Shown here piece after piece: positions 8,477 through 18,236 of a stretch of DNA of 64,000 nt. Source of the DNA: Gammaproteobacteria bacterium (GTDB lineage: Bacteria > Pseudomonadota > Gammaproteobacteria > Eutrophobiales > Eutrophobiaceae); assembly GCA_965116495.1 (NCBI GenBank), contig OZ220696.1:1408001-1472000 (forward strand), read 5' to 3'. The notes beneath the pieces were generated by a model. It was not told the DNA's origin. It saw only the letters and a list, made by a program, of their open reading frames with translations, and searched no databases. The position numbers were made by a program, and so were the translations under genes. Position 1 is the first letter of the stretch. The number at the start of each line of letters is the position of its first letter.

Positions 8477-10764
8477 CGATGACTGAAGCGACGAAGAATA
8501 ACGGTTTTAACGTGGTCGGCACCTCGCCGATACGCCCTGACGGGCTGCACAAGGTTACGGGACAGGCGCGCTTCGCCGATGATTTTCACCTACCGAACAT
8601 GTTGCACGGTAAAATACTACGCAGCCCGCACGCCCATGCGCGCATCATCTCCATCGACACCAGCGCCGCGCAAGCCCTTCCGGGCGTGCGCGCGGTGGTC
8701 ACCGGCGCCGACTTCCCTCCCGTCAAGCATGAACTGATCCACGCGGGCACGGCCGGCGTGCTCAACATGCGCGAGATGGCGGAGAACTGCATGGCAAAAG
8801 ACAAGGTCCTGTATGACGGGCATGCCCTGGCCGCGGTGGCCGCGGACAGCCCGCACGATGCGGAACTGGCCGTAAACCTGATTGAGGTGGAGTATGAGCT
8901 GTTGCCGCCGGTGATGAACGTGCGCGCGGCCATGGCTGATGACGCCCCGGTCATCCATGAGGATTTTCACCCGGGGGGGTTTATTGCGCCTACGGAAAAA
9001 TTCATGCCCAATGCCAGTCGCGTGCAACTGGGCAGCGGTGATACCGAACAGGGATTTGCCGAGGCCGATCTCGTCCTGGAACGGGAATACACGGCGGAGA
9101 CCATTCACCAGGGTTACATTGAAAGCCATGTCACCACGGCAAACTGGGACAGCAACGATTACGTGACGGTGTGGACCGCGACCCAGGGGCAGTTCGCCCT
9201 GCGCGACCACCTGGCCGACATCATCCAGGTACCCATAAGCAACATCAACGTGGTGCCGCTGGAGATTGGCGGCGGTTTCGGGGGGAAAGAGCGTATTTAT
9301 ATCGACCCGGTAGCGGCCATGCTCTCGAAAAAGTCCAACTGTCCGGTCAAGATCGCCATGCGCCGCGACGAGGTGTTCCGCGCAACCGGGCCGAGTTCCG
9401 GCACTTATATCAAACTGAAGTTCGGCGTCAAACAGGACGGCACCATCACGGCCGCCGACCTGCACATGGCCTACGAGGCCGGCGCTTACGCGGGCGGCCC
9501 CCTGTTTCTCGGCATCCTGTCCTCCACGTCACGCTATGACATACCCAACATCCATATCGACGGCTTCGACGTCATCGTCAACAAGCCCACCATGCGCCCC
9601 TATCGCGCCCCGGGCGCGCCCCAGGCGCTGTTTGCGGTGGAGCAGATGATAGATGAGTTGGCCCGCGCACTGGATATGGACTCCATTGCCTTCCGCATGA
9701 AGAACCTGGCAAGGACCGGAGACCGGCTGGTGCCGGGTTTCCCGCTGGCGCCCATAGACACGGACCTGATGATGGAAACCGTCAAGGCGCATCCCCATTA
9801 CCATGCGCCCCTGGACGGACCGAACCGGGGACGGGGCCTTGCCTACAGCATCTGGTTCAACATCGGCGAAATTTCCAGCGCACGCATACAGGTCAACCCG
9901 GATGGCTCCGTCATCCTGGCCACTGCCAGCCCCGACCTGAGCGGCACGCGTATTGCGCTGGCCATGCAGGCCGCGGAAATGCTGGGCATAGACGTTGAAC
10001 AGGTAAACCCCTCGGTTGCCGATACCCAATCCATCGGCTTCTCGGTGCCTTCGGTGGGAAGCCGCACCACGTACAGCACGGGCGCTATCGTCTGCGAGGT
10101 AGCGCAGGAGATACTGAACCAGATGTGTGGACGGGCCGCTTTGCTGTGGGAGACGGATGCGGACCAGGTCACCGTCGAAAACGGCACCTTCAGCAACAAG
10201 GCAGACCCCGCACAGTCCCTGTCATTCAATGAACTGGCGGCGAGGATGTTCGAGACCGGCGGCCCCATCAGCTACCACAAGACCGGTACTACCCAGAGTT
10301 TCATCCCCGGCACCGCCGTGCACCTGGTGGACGTAGAGGTGGACCCGGAGACCGGCAAGGTAGACCTCCTGCGCTATACGATATTCCAGGACGTGGGCAA
10401 GGCCGTACACCCGGATTACGTGGAGGGCCAGATGCAGGGCGCCGCGGTACAGGGGATTGGCATGGCGCTGAACGAAGAGTATTTCTACGACGAGGAAGGC
10501 CACCTGAAGAACGCCAGCCTGCTGGATTACCGCCTGCCTACTTCACTGGACGTGCCCATGCTCGAAACCGTGGTACTGGAAACACCCAATCCCGCCCATC
10601 CTTTCGGCGTACGCGGCTGCGGCGAAATCTCCATTGCCCCGCCGCCTGCGGCAATCGCCAACGCCATCCATGATGCGGTCGGGGTGCGCCTTGACTCCAT
10701 GCCGATGGCGCCCCACAAGATCTGTGCAGCCATCAAGGCTGCCGACCCCGCCAAGGCCGCCTGA
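8473..10764 (+). CDS. Xanthine dehydrogenase family molybdopterin-binding (large) subunit, second enzyme
   Basis: KVTGQARF, GGGFGGK, YRAPGAPQ, EGQMQG, GVRGCGE; ATGA overlap with the small-subunit stop. Confidence 0.93.
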   Translation: MTMTEATKNNGFNVVGTSPIRPDGLHKVTGQARFADDFHLPNMLHGKILRSPHAHARIISIDTSAAQALPGVRAVVTGADFPPVKHELIHAGTAGVLNMREMAENCMAKDKVLYDGHALAAVAADSPHDAELAVNLIEVEYELLPPVMNVRAAMADDAPVIHEDFHPGGFIAPTEKFMPNASRVQLGSGDTEQGFAEADLVLEREYTAETIHQGYIESHVTTANWDSNDYVTVWTATQGQFALRDHLADIIQVPISNINVVPLEIGGGFGGKERIYIDPVAAMLSKKSNCPVKIAMRRDEVFRATGPSSGTYIKLKFGVKQDGTITAADLHMAYEAGAYAGGPLFLGILSSTSRYDIPNIHIDGFDVIVNKPTMRPYRAPGAPQALFAVEQMIDELARALDMDSIAFRMKNLARTGDRLVPGFPLAPIDTDLMMETVKAHPHYHAPLDGPNRGRGLAYSIWFNIGEISSARIQVNPDGSVILATASPDLSGTRIALAMQAAEMLGIDVEQVNPSVADTQSIGFSVPSVGSRTTYSTGAIVCEVAQEILNQMCGRAALLWETDADQVTVENGTFSNKADPAQSLSFNELAARMFETGGPISYHKTGTTQSFIPGTAVHLVDVEVDPETGKVDLLRYTIFQDVGKAVHPDYVEGQMQGAAVQGIGMALNEEYFYDEEGHLKNASLLDYRLPTSLDVPMLETVVLETPNPAHPFGVRGCGEISIAPPPAAIANAIHDAVGVRLDSMPMAPHKICAAIKAADPAKAA

Positions 10765-10771
10765 TAACGTT

Positions 10772-11035
10772 ATGCCGACAGTCTGGATTCCAAAAGCCAT
10801 GCAGACGTACACCGGCGGCAAGGAAATCGTCGAGATGGAAGGCCGCACCGTCAGGAGGCTGGTCGCCGCCCTGGACGAGAGCTACCCCGGATTAAAGGAC
10901 GCGCTCATGGACGGTGACAGGTTCAAACCCGGAATAGCCGTTGCCGTCAACGGACAGGTCAGCCACCTGGGCCCTCTGCAACGCCTGGAAGAAGATAACG
11001 AGGTCTTTTTCGTCCCGGCTATCGGCGGGGGATAG
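10772..11035 (+). CDS. MoaD/ThiS family ubiquitin-like sulfur carrier
   Basis: 87 aa from ATG 10772 (MPTVWIP...VAVNG...FFVPAIGGG) ending in a di-glycine motif. Confidence 0.85.
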   Translation: MPTVWIPKAMQTYTGGKEIVEMEGRTVRRLVAALDESYPGLKDALMDGDRFKPGIAVAVNGQVSHLGPLQRLEEDNEVFFVPAIGGG

Positions 11036-11046
11036 GATCAACCATT

Positions 11047-11137
11047 GTCGTTCCGGCGCACACCGGAACCCGGTTCGCCTTTGTGTCGACCATATCGAGC
11101 GTGCGCATTACCGGATACCGGCATTCGCCGGTATGAC
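11047..11137. repeat. dRS3/RPE-like paired palindromic element between convergent genes
   Basis: gtcgttccggcgcacaccggaacccgg ... ccggataccggcattcgccggtatgac (inverted arms, each self-palindromic). Confidence 0.7.
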
Positions 11138-12210
11138 TAGTATTCGCTGTGATAGGTCACTCGGTATATCGCATCCGCTTTATCGTCCGAGATCAACAGG
11201 CTGCCATCCCGGGAGACCAGTACGTCGTTGGGGCGTCCGGTTACCTTCTCGTCCTTCAGCCACAGGTCCAGGAACGGTTCATACACCGATCCGGCTTCGT
11301 CGAAACGTACCACGCTGACCCGGTAGCCCACTTTGGAAGAACGGTTCCAGGAACCGTGTTCGGCGATGAACAGCGCGTGCCGGTACGACTCCGGGAATTG
11401 ATTGCCGGTGTAAAACGTCAGGCCCAGCGCCGCGGAGTGGGCTTGAATCTTTACTTCCGGCGGCATGTAGTCGGCCGGGTCATGGCCCTCGCCAAACTTC
11501 GGATCGAGGATGTCGTCACCATGCACGTAAGGGTAACCGTAGTGGGCGCCGGCTGCGCTGACGCGGTTGATCTCCTCCGGCGGCACGTCATCCCCCAGCA
11601 TGTCGCGGCCGTTGTCGGAAAACCACATCTCGCCGGTTTCCGGGTGCCAGGCCATGCCCACGGAGTTGCGCACGCCGGCTGCATGGATGGTGGTCTCTCC
11701 AGTCGCCGGGTCCATACGCAGGATGCTGGCGAAGCGCGGGTCTTTCGACTCACAGATGTTACAGGGGGCGCCCACAGGAACGTAGAGGAAACCGTCCGGG
11801 CCGACGGACAGGTACTTCCAGCCGTGATGGCGCTTGTCCGGCAAGGCGTCAGTTACCAGTTCCGGTTGCGGACTGTTGCGGTAGGTTTGTTCAATGTCAC
11901 GGTAGCGCAACACCGTGTCCAGCGCACCCACGTACAGGTCATTACCAATCAGAGCCAGGCCGCTGGGCAGAGTCAGACCAGTGGCAAAGGTAACGACTTC
12001 CGCTGCCTCATCAGGACCGGCCACCACCGCATACAGATCGCCCTCACGTAACGAACCCACCAGCAACAGGCCGGATTCCGTCTCTGCCATCTGGCGCGCA
12101 CCGGGCACTTCATCAGTCAGCACGGACAGCGTGAAGTCACCCACAATGGTGTCGGCAAAACCCGCAGAAGCGAACAGGAACCATACAATTACCAGGAGTT
12201 TTGTCTTCAT
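11137..12210 (-). CDS. PQQ-dependent sugar / L-sorbosone dehydrogenase family beta-propeller, secreted
   Basis: Signal peptide MKTKLLVIVWFLFASAGFA; HHGWKYL, GAPCNIC, GVRNSVG, DNGRD, HSAALG, EHGSWNRS. Confidence 0.88.
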   Translation of the reverse strand: MKTKLLVIVWFLFASAGFADTIVGDFTLSVLTDEVPGARQMAETESGLLLVGSLREGDLYAVVAGPDEAAEVVTFATGLTLPSGLALIGNDLYVGALDTVLRYRDIEQTYRNSPQPELVTDALPDKRHHGWKYLSVGPDGFLYVPVGAPCNICESKDPRFASILRMDPATGETTIHAAGVRNSVGMAWHPETGEMWFSDNGRDMLGDDVPPEEINRVSAAGAHYGYPYVHGDDILDPKFGEGHDPADYMPPEVKIQAHSAALGLTFYTGNQFPESYRHALFIAEHGSWNRSSKVGYRVSVVRFDEAGSVYEPFLDLWLKDEKVTGRPNDVLVSRDGSLLISDDKADAIYRVTYHSEY

Positions 12211-12282
12211 AAGCCCTACTCGTGTCAACCACTTACATGATAAAGGATTTTTTCTTGTTTGGATCAGTATTATAATTCTCAC

Positions 12283-15099
12283 ATGAAAACTTTCCCACGC
12301 GTGTTTGCCCTATTGCTGTTAACCGGCGCGGTGTGCGCGGGGGAGCAGGCGCCGGGACTGGAGGAAATTATCGTAACCGGCTCGCGCATCAGCCGGGAAC
12401 CGGCCGATTACGTGGGGCCGATGTCCGTGATAGACAGCGCAGATATTGAGCGTACCCCGAACTACAGCGTGCAGGACATGCTGCTGAAGCTGCCCTCCAT
12501 CGGCCTGCAGGGCAGATCCAGGAACAATGCATCGGGCGGGCGTGGCGCGCATTTATCCGGTATTCACCAGTTGACACCGGAACGGACGCTGGTATTGCTC
12601 AACGGCCGCCGTATGGTGCATACCATCAGCAGTTCGCTTGAAATCGGGGTCGATTTGCAGTCCTTCCCCGTGAACCTGATAGACAGTATCGAGGTGCTGG
12701 CGGACGGGGCCTCAGCCATCTACGGGTCGGACGCGGTGGCCGGCGTCATCAACGTCAGGACCAGGCGTTTTGAGGGCGTCGAACTGAATGCCGGTTTCGG
12801 GTCGCCGGAAGATCCGGGCGGCGACTCCTACAACGCAGGTTTCATCGCCGGCCGCACGGGGGAACGGGGCTACGTCACCCTGGCCGCCACCATTGTGGAT
12901 ACCGGCAACGTAGACGCCCAGCAGCGTGACTGGTCGCAAATACCCATCCTGGGACAACTGGACAGTGGCGACGGCACGATTTTGACCTTGATGGGCAGCG
13001 GCGTACCGCCCGAGGGTAGACAGCCGGATGCCGGCATTATCTTCAAGCCGGACCCGGTCAGCGGCGCCAGCTACCAGCCCTACGACACCTTTGGCAGCAG
13101 CAGCCTGAACGGGTCCGCGGGAGACAGTAGTCTCCAGTCCATCCTGGACACCGGCCATCGTTTCAACTACTCCGATATCGAGGGCGGCGGCCCGTCACTG
13201 GTCAGCGGTTCACGCGTGGCTAACGGCGCCATTACCGGAGAACTGGAACTGGCCCCCGCGGTCCTCTACTACGAGTTGCTGGGCATGCACCGGGAAGGGG
13301 TGCTGAGATACACGCCCATGCCCATCGCGGATGCCCATGGACGGTTTACCGACCTGCTGCAAGTACCGTTCAGCAATCCCCACGTCCCCGCAGACGCCGT
13401 TCCGGCCATTCGCGCCGCAGTGGGGCCTGACGCCGACCGCTTCCAGATGTGGTGGCGCGCGGCAGACCTGCGCCCGCGCCAGTACAACTATGACAGCGAC
13501 ACCATGAAAACCACCGTGGGGCTGCGCGGCAGTCTCCCGGCGCTCATGAACGGCTGGGAGTACGATGCCTGGCTCACCTACGGGCGTTCCACCTTGAAGG
13601 ATGTCACCCGTAACCAGGTCAACGTGGCCCGGTTGCAGACTGCCCTGGACCCGGTTGCCTGCGCGCAAGACCCTGCCTGCCCAAAGGATGCGCGCGGCAA
13701 CCCCACCCTTGATATTTTCGGACGGGACAGGAAGAGCCGGGAGGAAATCGATTACGTACTGTTCACCAACGAGGAAGATACCCGCTATGAGTTCTGGCAC
13801 CTGGCCGGCGCCCTGACCGGTGAGTTATGGTCGTTACCCGGCGGACCCGTTGGCGTGGCGACCGGCCTGGAATGGCGCCATGAAGCAGGCCGCGTGCACG
13901 TCTCCGACCTGGTCCGTTCCGGACATAGCGCCGGCAACTATGCGGAACCGACCCAAGGCGATTTTTCCGTATGGGAGGCCTTCGCGGAGTTCCACGCGCC
14001 GCTGCTTGCCGACCGCAGTTTTGCCCACGAGTTGGCCCTGGACGCAGCCGTGCGTTATTCCGAATACAACCACGTCGGCTCCGAGGCAACCTTCAAGCTG
14101 GCCCTGCACTGGGCGCCGATTCGTGCTATCCACCTGCGCGGGGTCTTTGCCACTGGTTTCCGGGCGCCCAATATCCTGGAGTCCTTCGGCGGTATCGCGG
14201 ATACTTACCCGACCGTAGCCGACCCCTGCAACAGCGCGGCCGACCTGTACCGTAACAACGCCACAGTGCGCGCAAACTGCACGCGCCAGGGCATCCCCGC
14301 CGGTTACGTGCAGAACGCTTCCCAGTTGAGGATTTCCGCGGGCGGCAATCCGGACCTGGAACCGGAAACCTCCGACAGTTTCTCCGTGGGCCTGGCGTGG
14401 ACGCCGGAGATGATTGAGAACCTCTCGCTCACCGTTGACTATTACGACGTACAGGTGGACAAGGCCATTAATACGCCCGACCCGGTGGACGTGGTCCTGA
14501 CCTGTTATACCACGCCGAACCTGGCGGCGCCGGAGTGCGCCCGCATCGGACGCGGATCTTCCGGCACGATCATCCGCTTCGACCTGCTCAAGGAAAACCT
14601 GGCGCGCCTGGAGACCTCCGGTATCGACCTTAACGCGTCCTGGTCCCTGTCAACCGACTTCGGTGCTATCGACTTCAGCGGTAACGTCAACTGGCTCAAC
14701 GAATACGTGGAGACGACCGGCGCCGGCGCGGTCAGCGACCGCACCGACATGGTGGCCGGCAATATTGCCGATTGGGCCGGCTACCCGGAGTGGCGCGCCA
14801 ACCTGTCCGTATCGTTGAACCGGAACGACTGGACCCTGGGCGGTTCCTGGCGCTACCTGGACGCCATGGACGTCTTCGACACCATCCAATTCGACAATAT
14901 TCACACCACCGTGGATGCCATCAACTACTTTGACCTGTTCGGCAACTATCGCGGCGCTACCTTCAACGTCACGCTGGGGGTGGAGAACCTCACCAACGAA
15001 GCGCCGCCCTACGTGCCGGACGTGTCCGACAACACGTCGTCAATCTATGATTACCTGGGGCGGTTTTATTTCGTCCGGCTGAAGTTTGGGTTTTATTAA
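12283..15099 (+). CDS. TonB-dependent outer membrane receptor
   Basis: Signal peptide, LEEIIVTGSRI TonB box, RTLVLLNGRR, IEVLADGASAIYGSDAVAGVIN plug, GNPDLEPETS, C-terminal GRFYFVRLKFGFY. Confidence 0.95.
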   Translation: MKTFPRVFALLLLTGAVCAGEQAPGLEEIIVTGSRISREPADYVGPMSVIDSADIERTPNYSVQDMLLKLPSIGLQGRSRNNASGGRGAHLSGIHQLTPERTLVLLNGRRMVHTISSSLEIGVDLQSFPVNLIDSIEVLADGASAIYGSDAVAGVINVRTRRFEGVELNAGFGSPEDPGGDSYNAGFIAGRTGERGYVTLAATIVDTGNVDAQQRDWSQIPILGQLDSGDGTILTLMGSGVPPEGRQPDAGIIFKPDPVSGASYQPYDTFGSSSLNGSAGDSSLQSILDTGHRFNYSDIEGGGPSLVSGSRVANGAITGELELAPAVLYYELLGMHREGVLRYTPMPIADAHGRFTDLLQVPFSNPHVPADAVPAIRAAVGPDADRFQMWWRAADLRPRQYNYDSDTMKTTVGLRGSLPALMNGWEYDAWLTYGRSTLKDVTRNQVNVARLQTALDPVACAQDPACPKDARGNPTLDIFGRDRKSREEIDYVLFTNEEDTRYEFWHLAGALTGELWSLPGGPVGVATGLEWRHEAGRVHVSDLVRSGHSAGNYAEPTQGDFSVWEAFAEFHAPLLADRSFAHELALDAAVRYSEYNHVGSEATFKLALHWAPIRAIHLRGVFATGFRAPNILESFGGIADTYPTVADPCNSAADLYRNNATVRANCTRQGIPAGYVQNASQLRISAGGNPDLEPETSDSFSVGLAWTPEMIENLSLTVDYYDVQVDKAINTPDPVDVVLTCYTTPNLAAPECARIGRGSSGTIIRFDLLKENLARLETSGIDLNASWSLSTDFGAIDFSGNVNWLNEYVETTGAGAVSDRTDMVAGNIADWAGYPEWRANLSVSLNRNDWTLGGSWRYLDAMDVFDTIQFDNIHTTVDAINYFDLFGNYRGATFNVTLGVENLTNEAPPYVPDVSDNTSSIYDYLGRFYFVRLKFGFY

Positions 15100-15111
15100 T
15101 TTCCAGACTCC

Positions 15112-15243
15112 GGCGCCGGTTTCTTTGGTGGCGAAGGGTTTATTCTGCAACGTCTGCGCGGGGACGGAGTGGCATTCGTCCATGGCGGCAACAAACGTTT
15201 TTCCTTAATGGGTTTCGACGTGCTGCCGTGGTATCTGGCTTGA
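15112..15243 (+). pseudogene. Relic fragment of a TIGR00266/AIM24 family gene
   Basis: Intergenic DNA translates [26 protein letters not shown], the AIM24-family core motif. No start codon; it degenerates afterwards. Confidence 0.65.
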
Positions 15244-15273
15244 GATCGAGCACCGACGAAAAAACTATAACAA

Positions 15274-15576
15274 TCAAGCCGCAACAGGCTTTGCGTTCTC
15301 AATCCGGGTTCGCCGCTTTGGCGTATTCAGCGCTTTCCACAACTCGTTCCGTTGCTGCAGGTTCAACCAGAATTCAGCAGTGTTGCCGAAAACCGTGGCA
15401 AGCATCAATGCAGTGTCCGCCGTGATAGCGCGACGGTTGGTACATAGTTCGTTAACGGTTTTTCGACTCACGCCCATTGCTTCCGCCAGTTGCCCCTGTG
15501 TCAATCCCATAGGCACGAGAAACTCCTCGGTAATCATCTCACCGACACTGACGGGTTGCCGTTTTGTAGTATTCAT
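15274..15576 (-). CDS. higA: HigA family antitoxin (Xre HTH)
   Basis: SVGEMITEEFLVPMGLTQGQLAEAMGVSRKTVNELC...TAEFWLNLQ. Confidence 0.92.
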   Translation of the reverse strand: MNTTKRQPVSVGEMITEEFLVPMGLTQGQLAEAMGVSRKTVNELCTNRRAITADTALMLATVFGNTAEFWLNLQQRNELWKALNTPKRRTRIENAKPVAA

Positions 15577-15584
15577 AGTCTGCC

Positions 15585-15881
15585 TCATCGATAATCGTGA
15601 TTATCCAGATAGACGCCCTGGGCCTCGCCACGTTCATCAGACCATGCAAACACCAGCCGCCATTGTTTGTTGATGCGGACGGAATGTTTACCGGCCAGAT
15701 TTCCTTTCAGCTTTTCAAAATGGTTGCTTGGTGATGATCGCAGGTCGAGGTCACAGGTTGCGTCATCAATTAATTACAGTTTTCTGAACAATCGAGCTCC
15801 GACCTCAGCGGGTAATTTCTTTCCGGCTTTGTCTTCCAGATAAAAGTCCCTCAACCATCTGTCCCGAAAACTGCGAATCAA
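15585..15881 (-). pseudogene. higB: HigB (RelE/ParE family) toxin with in-frame premature stop
   Basis: TTG start behind GGGAG. IRSFRDRWLRDFY...RLFRKL*LIDDATCDLDLRSSPSNHFEKLKGNLAGKHSVRINKQWRLVFAW...YLDNHDYR; single TAA at 15774-15776 and the frame continues to TGA next to higA. Confidence 0.88.
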
Positions 15882-15907
15882 AAATAATCTCCCTGATTTA
15901 TTATCAT

Positions 15908-15926
15908 TGTAACGTACATGGTTACA
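15908..15926. promoter_or_regulatory. Putative HigA operator palindrome
   Basis: TGTAAC-N7-GTTACA just upstream of the higB start. Confidence 0.55.
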
Positions 15927-15988
15927 TTTGGCAAATCGGATTAAACTCAATCGGATTAAACTCAAGCCACGCTGGACTATGTGCGTGT

Positions 15989-16483
15989 TTATAGCAGTAC
16001 CAGCTTTACGCAGGGAAGCGTCGCTTTCCGGGAAAGACAGTACATTTCACCTTCCCCTGTTTTCCTGAATCCGAGTTTGTCCAACACCCTGGCCGAATTG
16101 TCATTCCCTGTCATATGACTGGATTTGACATTCCTGATATTCAGTTCTTCGGCCGCGTAATGGAGCAGTCCCTTGCATGCTTCCGTGGTAAATCCCTGCC
16201 CCCAATGAACTCTGCCCAGCCAGTAACCCAACTCGTAGGAGCCATCATCGTCATGGGTCAATCGAATACCACCGATAAGGGTATCACTTCGATATATGTT
16301 AAACGTCAATTCCTGCCGGCTGAGTGTACTTATCCAGTCGTCAGCATCGTCTTCCGTATACGGGTAGGGAACCTCAGACAACCATTTTACGACTTCCCAG
16401 TCTCCAATCTGGGAAACAATCGATTGTTTGTCCCTGAGTCCGGGCTTTTTTAGAACCAGTCTCTCCGTTGTGATTTCTGTCAT
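15989..16483 (-). CDS. GNAT family N-acetyltransferase (RimJ/RimL-like)
   Basis: [40 protein letters not shown]; start overlaps the guaA stop. Confidence 0.9.
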   Translation of the reverse strand: MTEITTERLVLKKPGLRDKQSIVSQIGDWEVVKWLSEVPYPYTEDDADDWISTLSRQELTFNIYRSDTLIGGIRLTHDDDGSYELGYWLGRVHWGQGFTTEACKGLLHYAAEELNIRNVKSSHMTGNDNSARVLDKLGFRKTGEGEMYCLSRKATLPCVKLVLL

Positions 16484-18054
16484 TCCCACTCAATCGTCGC
16501 CGGCGGCTTGCTGGAGATGTCGTAAACCACCCTGGAGACCCCTTCCACCTCATTCATGATACGCTCGGAGACTTCCTGCAGGAATTCGCCGGGCAGGCGC
16601 GCCCAGCGGGCGGTCATGAAATCGACGGTTTCTACCGCACGCAGGGCCACCACGTAGTCGTAGCGCCGGGCATCGCCCTTGACGCCGACCGATTTGACCG
16701 GCAGGAACACGGTGAACGCCTGGCTGGTCTTGTGGTACAGGCCGTGGCGGATGAGCGCCTTTATGAATATATCATCAGCCTGGCGCAGGATGTCCGCGTA
16801 CTCTTTTTTTACCTCCCCGAGGATCCTTACCCCCAGGCCCGGGCCCGGGAACGGGTGACGACTGATGAGTTCCTGCGGCAACCCCAGTTGTTTGCCCAGT
16901 TTACGTACTTCGTCCTTGAACAGTTCCCGCAGGGGTTCGATCAGTTTCAGGTTCATGCGTTCCGGCAGTCCGCCCACGTTGTGGTGTGATTTGATGACGT
17001 GGGCCTTGCCGGTGCCGGCGCCGGCGGACTCGATCACGTCCGGGTAGATGGTGCCCTGGGCCAGCCATTTTTCATTTTTGAGTTTTTTACCTTCCTCTTC
17101 AAAGATGGCGATGAACTCCCGGCCGATGATCTTGCGCTTTTCTTCCGGATCGGCCACGCCCTTGAGTTTATCCAGGTAGCGTTGTGCGGCGTTGACGCGG
17201 ATGACGCGGATACCCATGTGCCTGGCAAAGGTCTCCATGACCTGGTCGCCTTCATTGAGGCGCAGCAGGCCGGTGTCGACAAAGATGCAGGTTAACTGGT
17301 CTCCGATTGCCTGGTGCAACAACGCCGCGGTCACCGCGGAATCGACCCCGCCGGACAGGCCCAGCAATGCTTCGTCACTACCCACCCTGGCGCGTACTTC
17401 CGCGATAGCATCCGTGATGATGTTGTCGGCAGTCCAGAGCGTGTCGCAACCGGCGATATCGCAGGCGAAGCGCCGCAGGATGGCCGCGCCCTGTTGGGTA
17501 TGGGTCACTTCGGGATGAAACTGCAGACCGTAGAAACCCCGTTCCTCATCGGCCATACCGGCAATCGGTGAGTTGTCCGATGAGGCGATACGTTTGAATC
17601 CTTCAGGCAGTTCATCCACCTTATCGCCGTGGCTCATCCAAACGTCCAACAATCCATGACCTTCTTCATTGGTCTCATCCTGGATATCCCGCAACAGGGG
17701 CGAATGCCCGCGCGCCCTGACCCTGGCGTAACCGAACTCGCGCAGATTGGAAGCAGTGACCTGTCCTCCCAGTTGCTGCGCCATGGTCTGCATCCCATAG
17801 CAGATCCCGAGTACCGGCACACCCAACTGGAATACGATGTCAGGTGCACGCCAACTGTTATCACCGGTCACTGATTCAGGCCCACCAGATAATATGACGG
17901 CTTTCGGATTGAAACGCCTGATTGATGCTTCATCCAGGTCAAAAGGATAGATCTCGTTGTAGACGCCTGTCTCCCGCACGCGCCGGGCGATAAGCTGGGT
18001 GTATTGCGATCCGAAATCCAGGATCAGGATTTTGTCACTGTGAATGTCCGACAT
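16480..18054 (-). CDS. guaA: GMP synthase (glutamine-hydrolysing)
   Basis: [55 protein letters not shown]. Confidence 0.98.
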   Translation of the reverse strand: MSDIHSDKILILDFGSQYTQLIARRVRETGVYNEIYPFDLDEASIRRFNPKAVILSGGPESVTGDNSWRAPDIVFQLGVPVLGICYGMQTMAQQLGGQVTASNLREFGYARVRARGHSPLLRDIQDETNEEGHGLLDVWMSHGDKVDELPEGFKRIASSDNSPIAGMADEERGFYGLQFHPEVTHTQQGAAILRRFACDIAGCDTLWTADNIITDAIAEVRARVGSDEALLGLSGGVDSAVTAALLHQAIGDQLTCIFVDTGLLRLNEGDQVMETFARHMGIRVIRVNAAQRYLDKLKGVADPEEKRKIIGREFIAIFEEEGKKLKNEKWLAQGTIYPDVIESAGAGTGKAHVIKSHHNVGGLPERMNLKLIEPLRELFKDEVRKLGKQLGLPQELISRHPFPGPGLGVRILGEVKKEYADILRQADDIFIKALIRHGLYHKTSQAFTVFLPVKSVGVKGDARRYDYVVALRAVETVDFMTARWARLPGEFLQEVSERIMNEVEGVSRVVYDISSKPPATIEWE

Positions 18055-18086
18055 AAACGGGAAGGATGTATTTACTATACAGCGCC

Positions 18087-18201
18087 GCCATTCCGGCGAA
18101 GCATGCCCTGGCATGTTGTAAGGCAGGGGCCGGAAGCCAGTGAAATAATGGCTTTTCGACTATATGTTATTGGACTGGATTCCTGCTTTCGCAGGAACGA
18201 C
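18087..18201. repeat. dRS3/RPE-like palindromic element between guaB and guaA
   Basis: gccattccggcgaa...gccggaagccag ... ctggattcctgctttcgcaggaacgac. Confidence 0.65.
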
Positions 18202-18236
18202 AGCATAATTAAATAATCCTTCTCATCCATGTTAAA

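Noticed and set aside
1882-10764. Aerobic CO dehydrogenase (coxMSL)
   Set aside because: Neither large subunit has the AYxCSFR form I motif or the AYxGAGR form II motif; they read GYRGYGA and PYRAPGA
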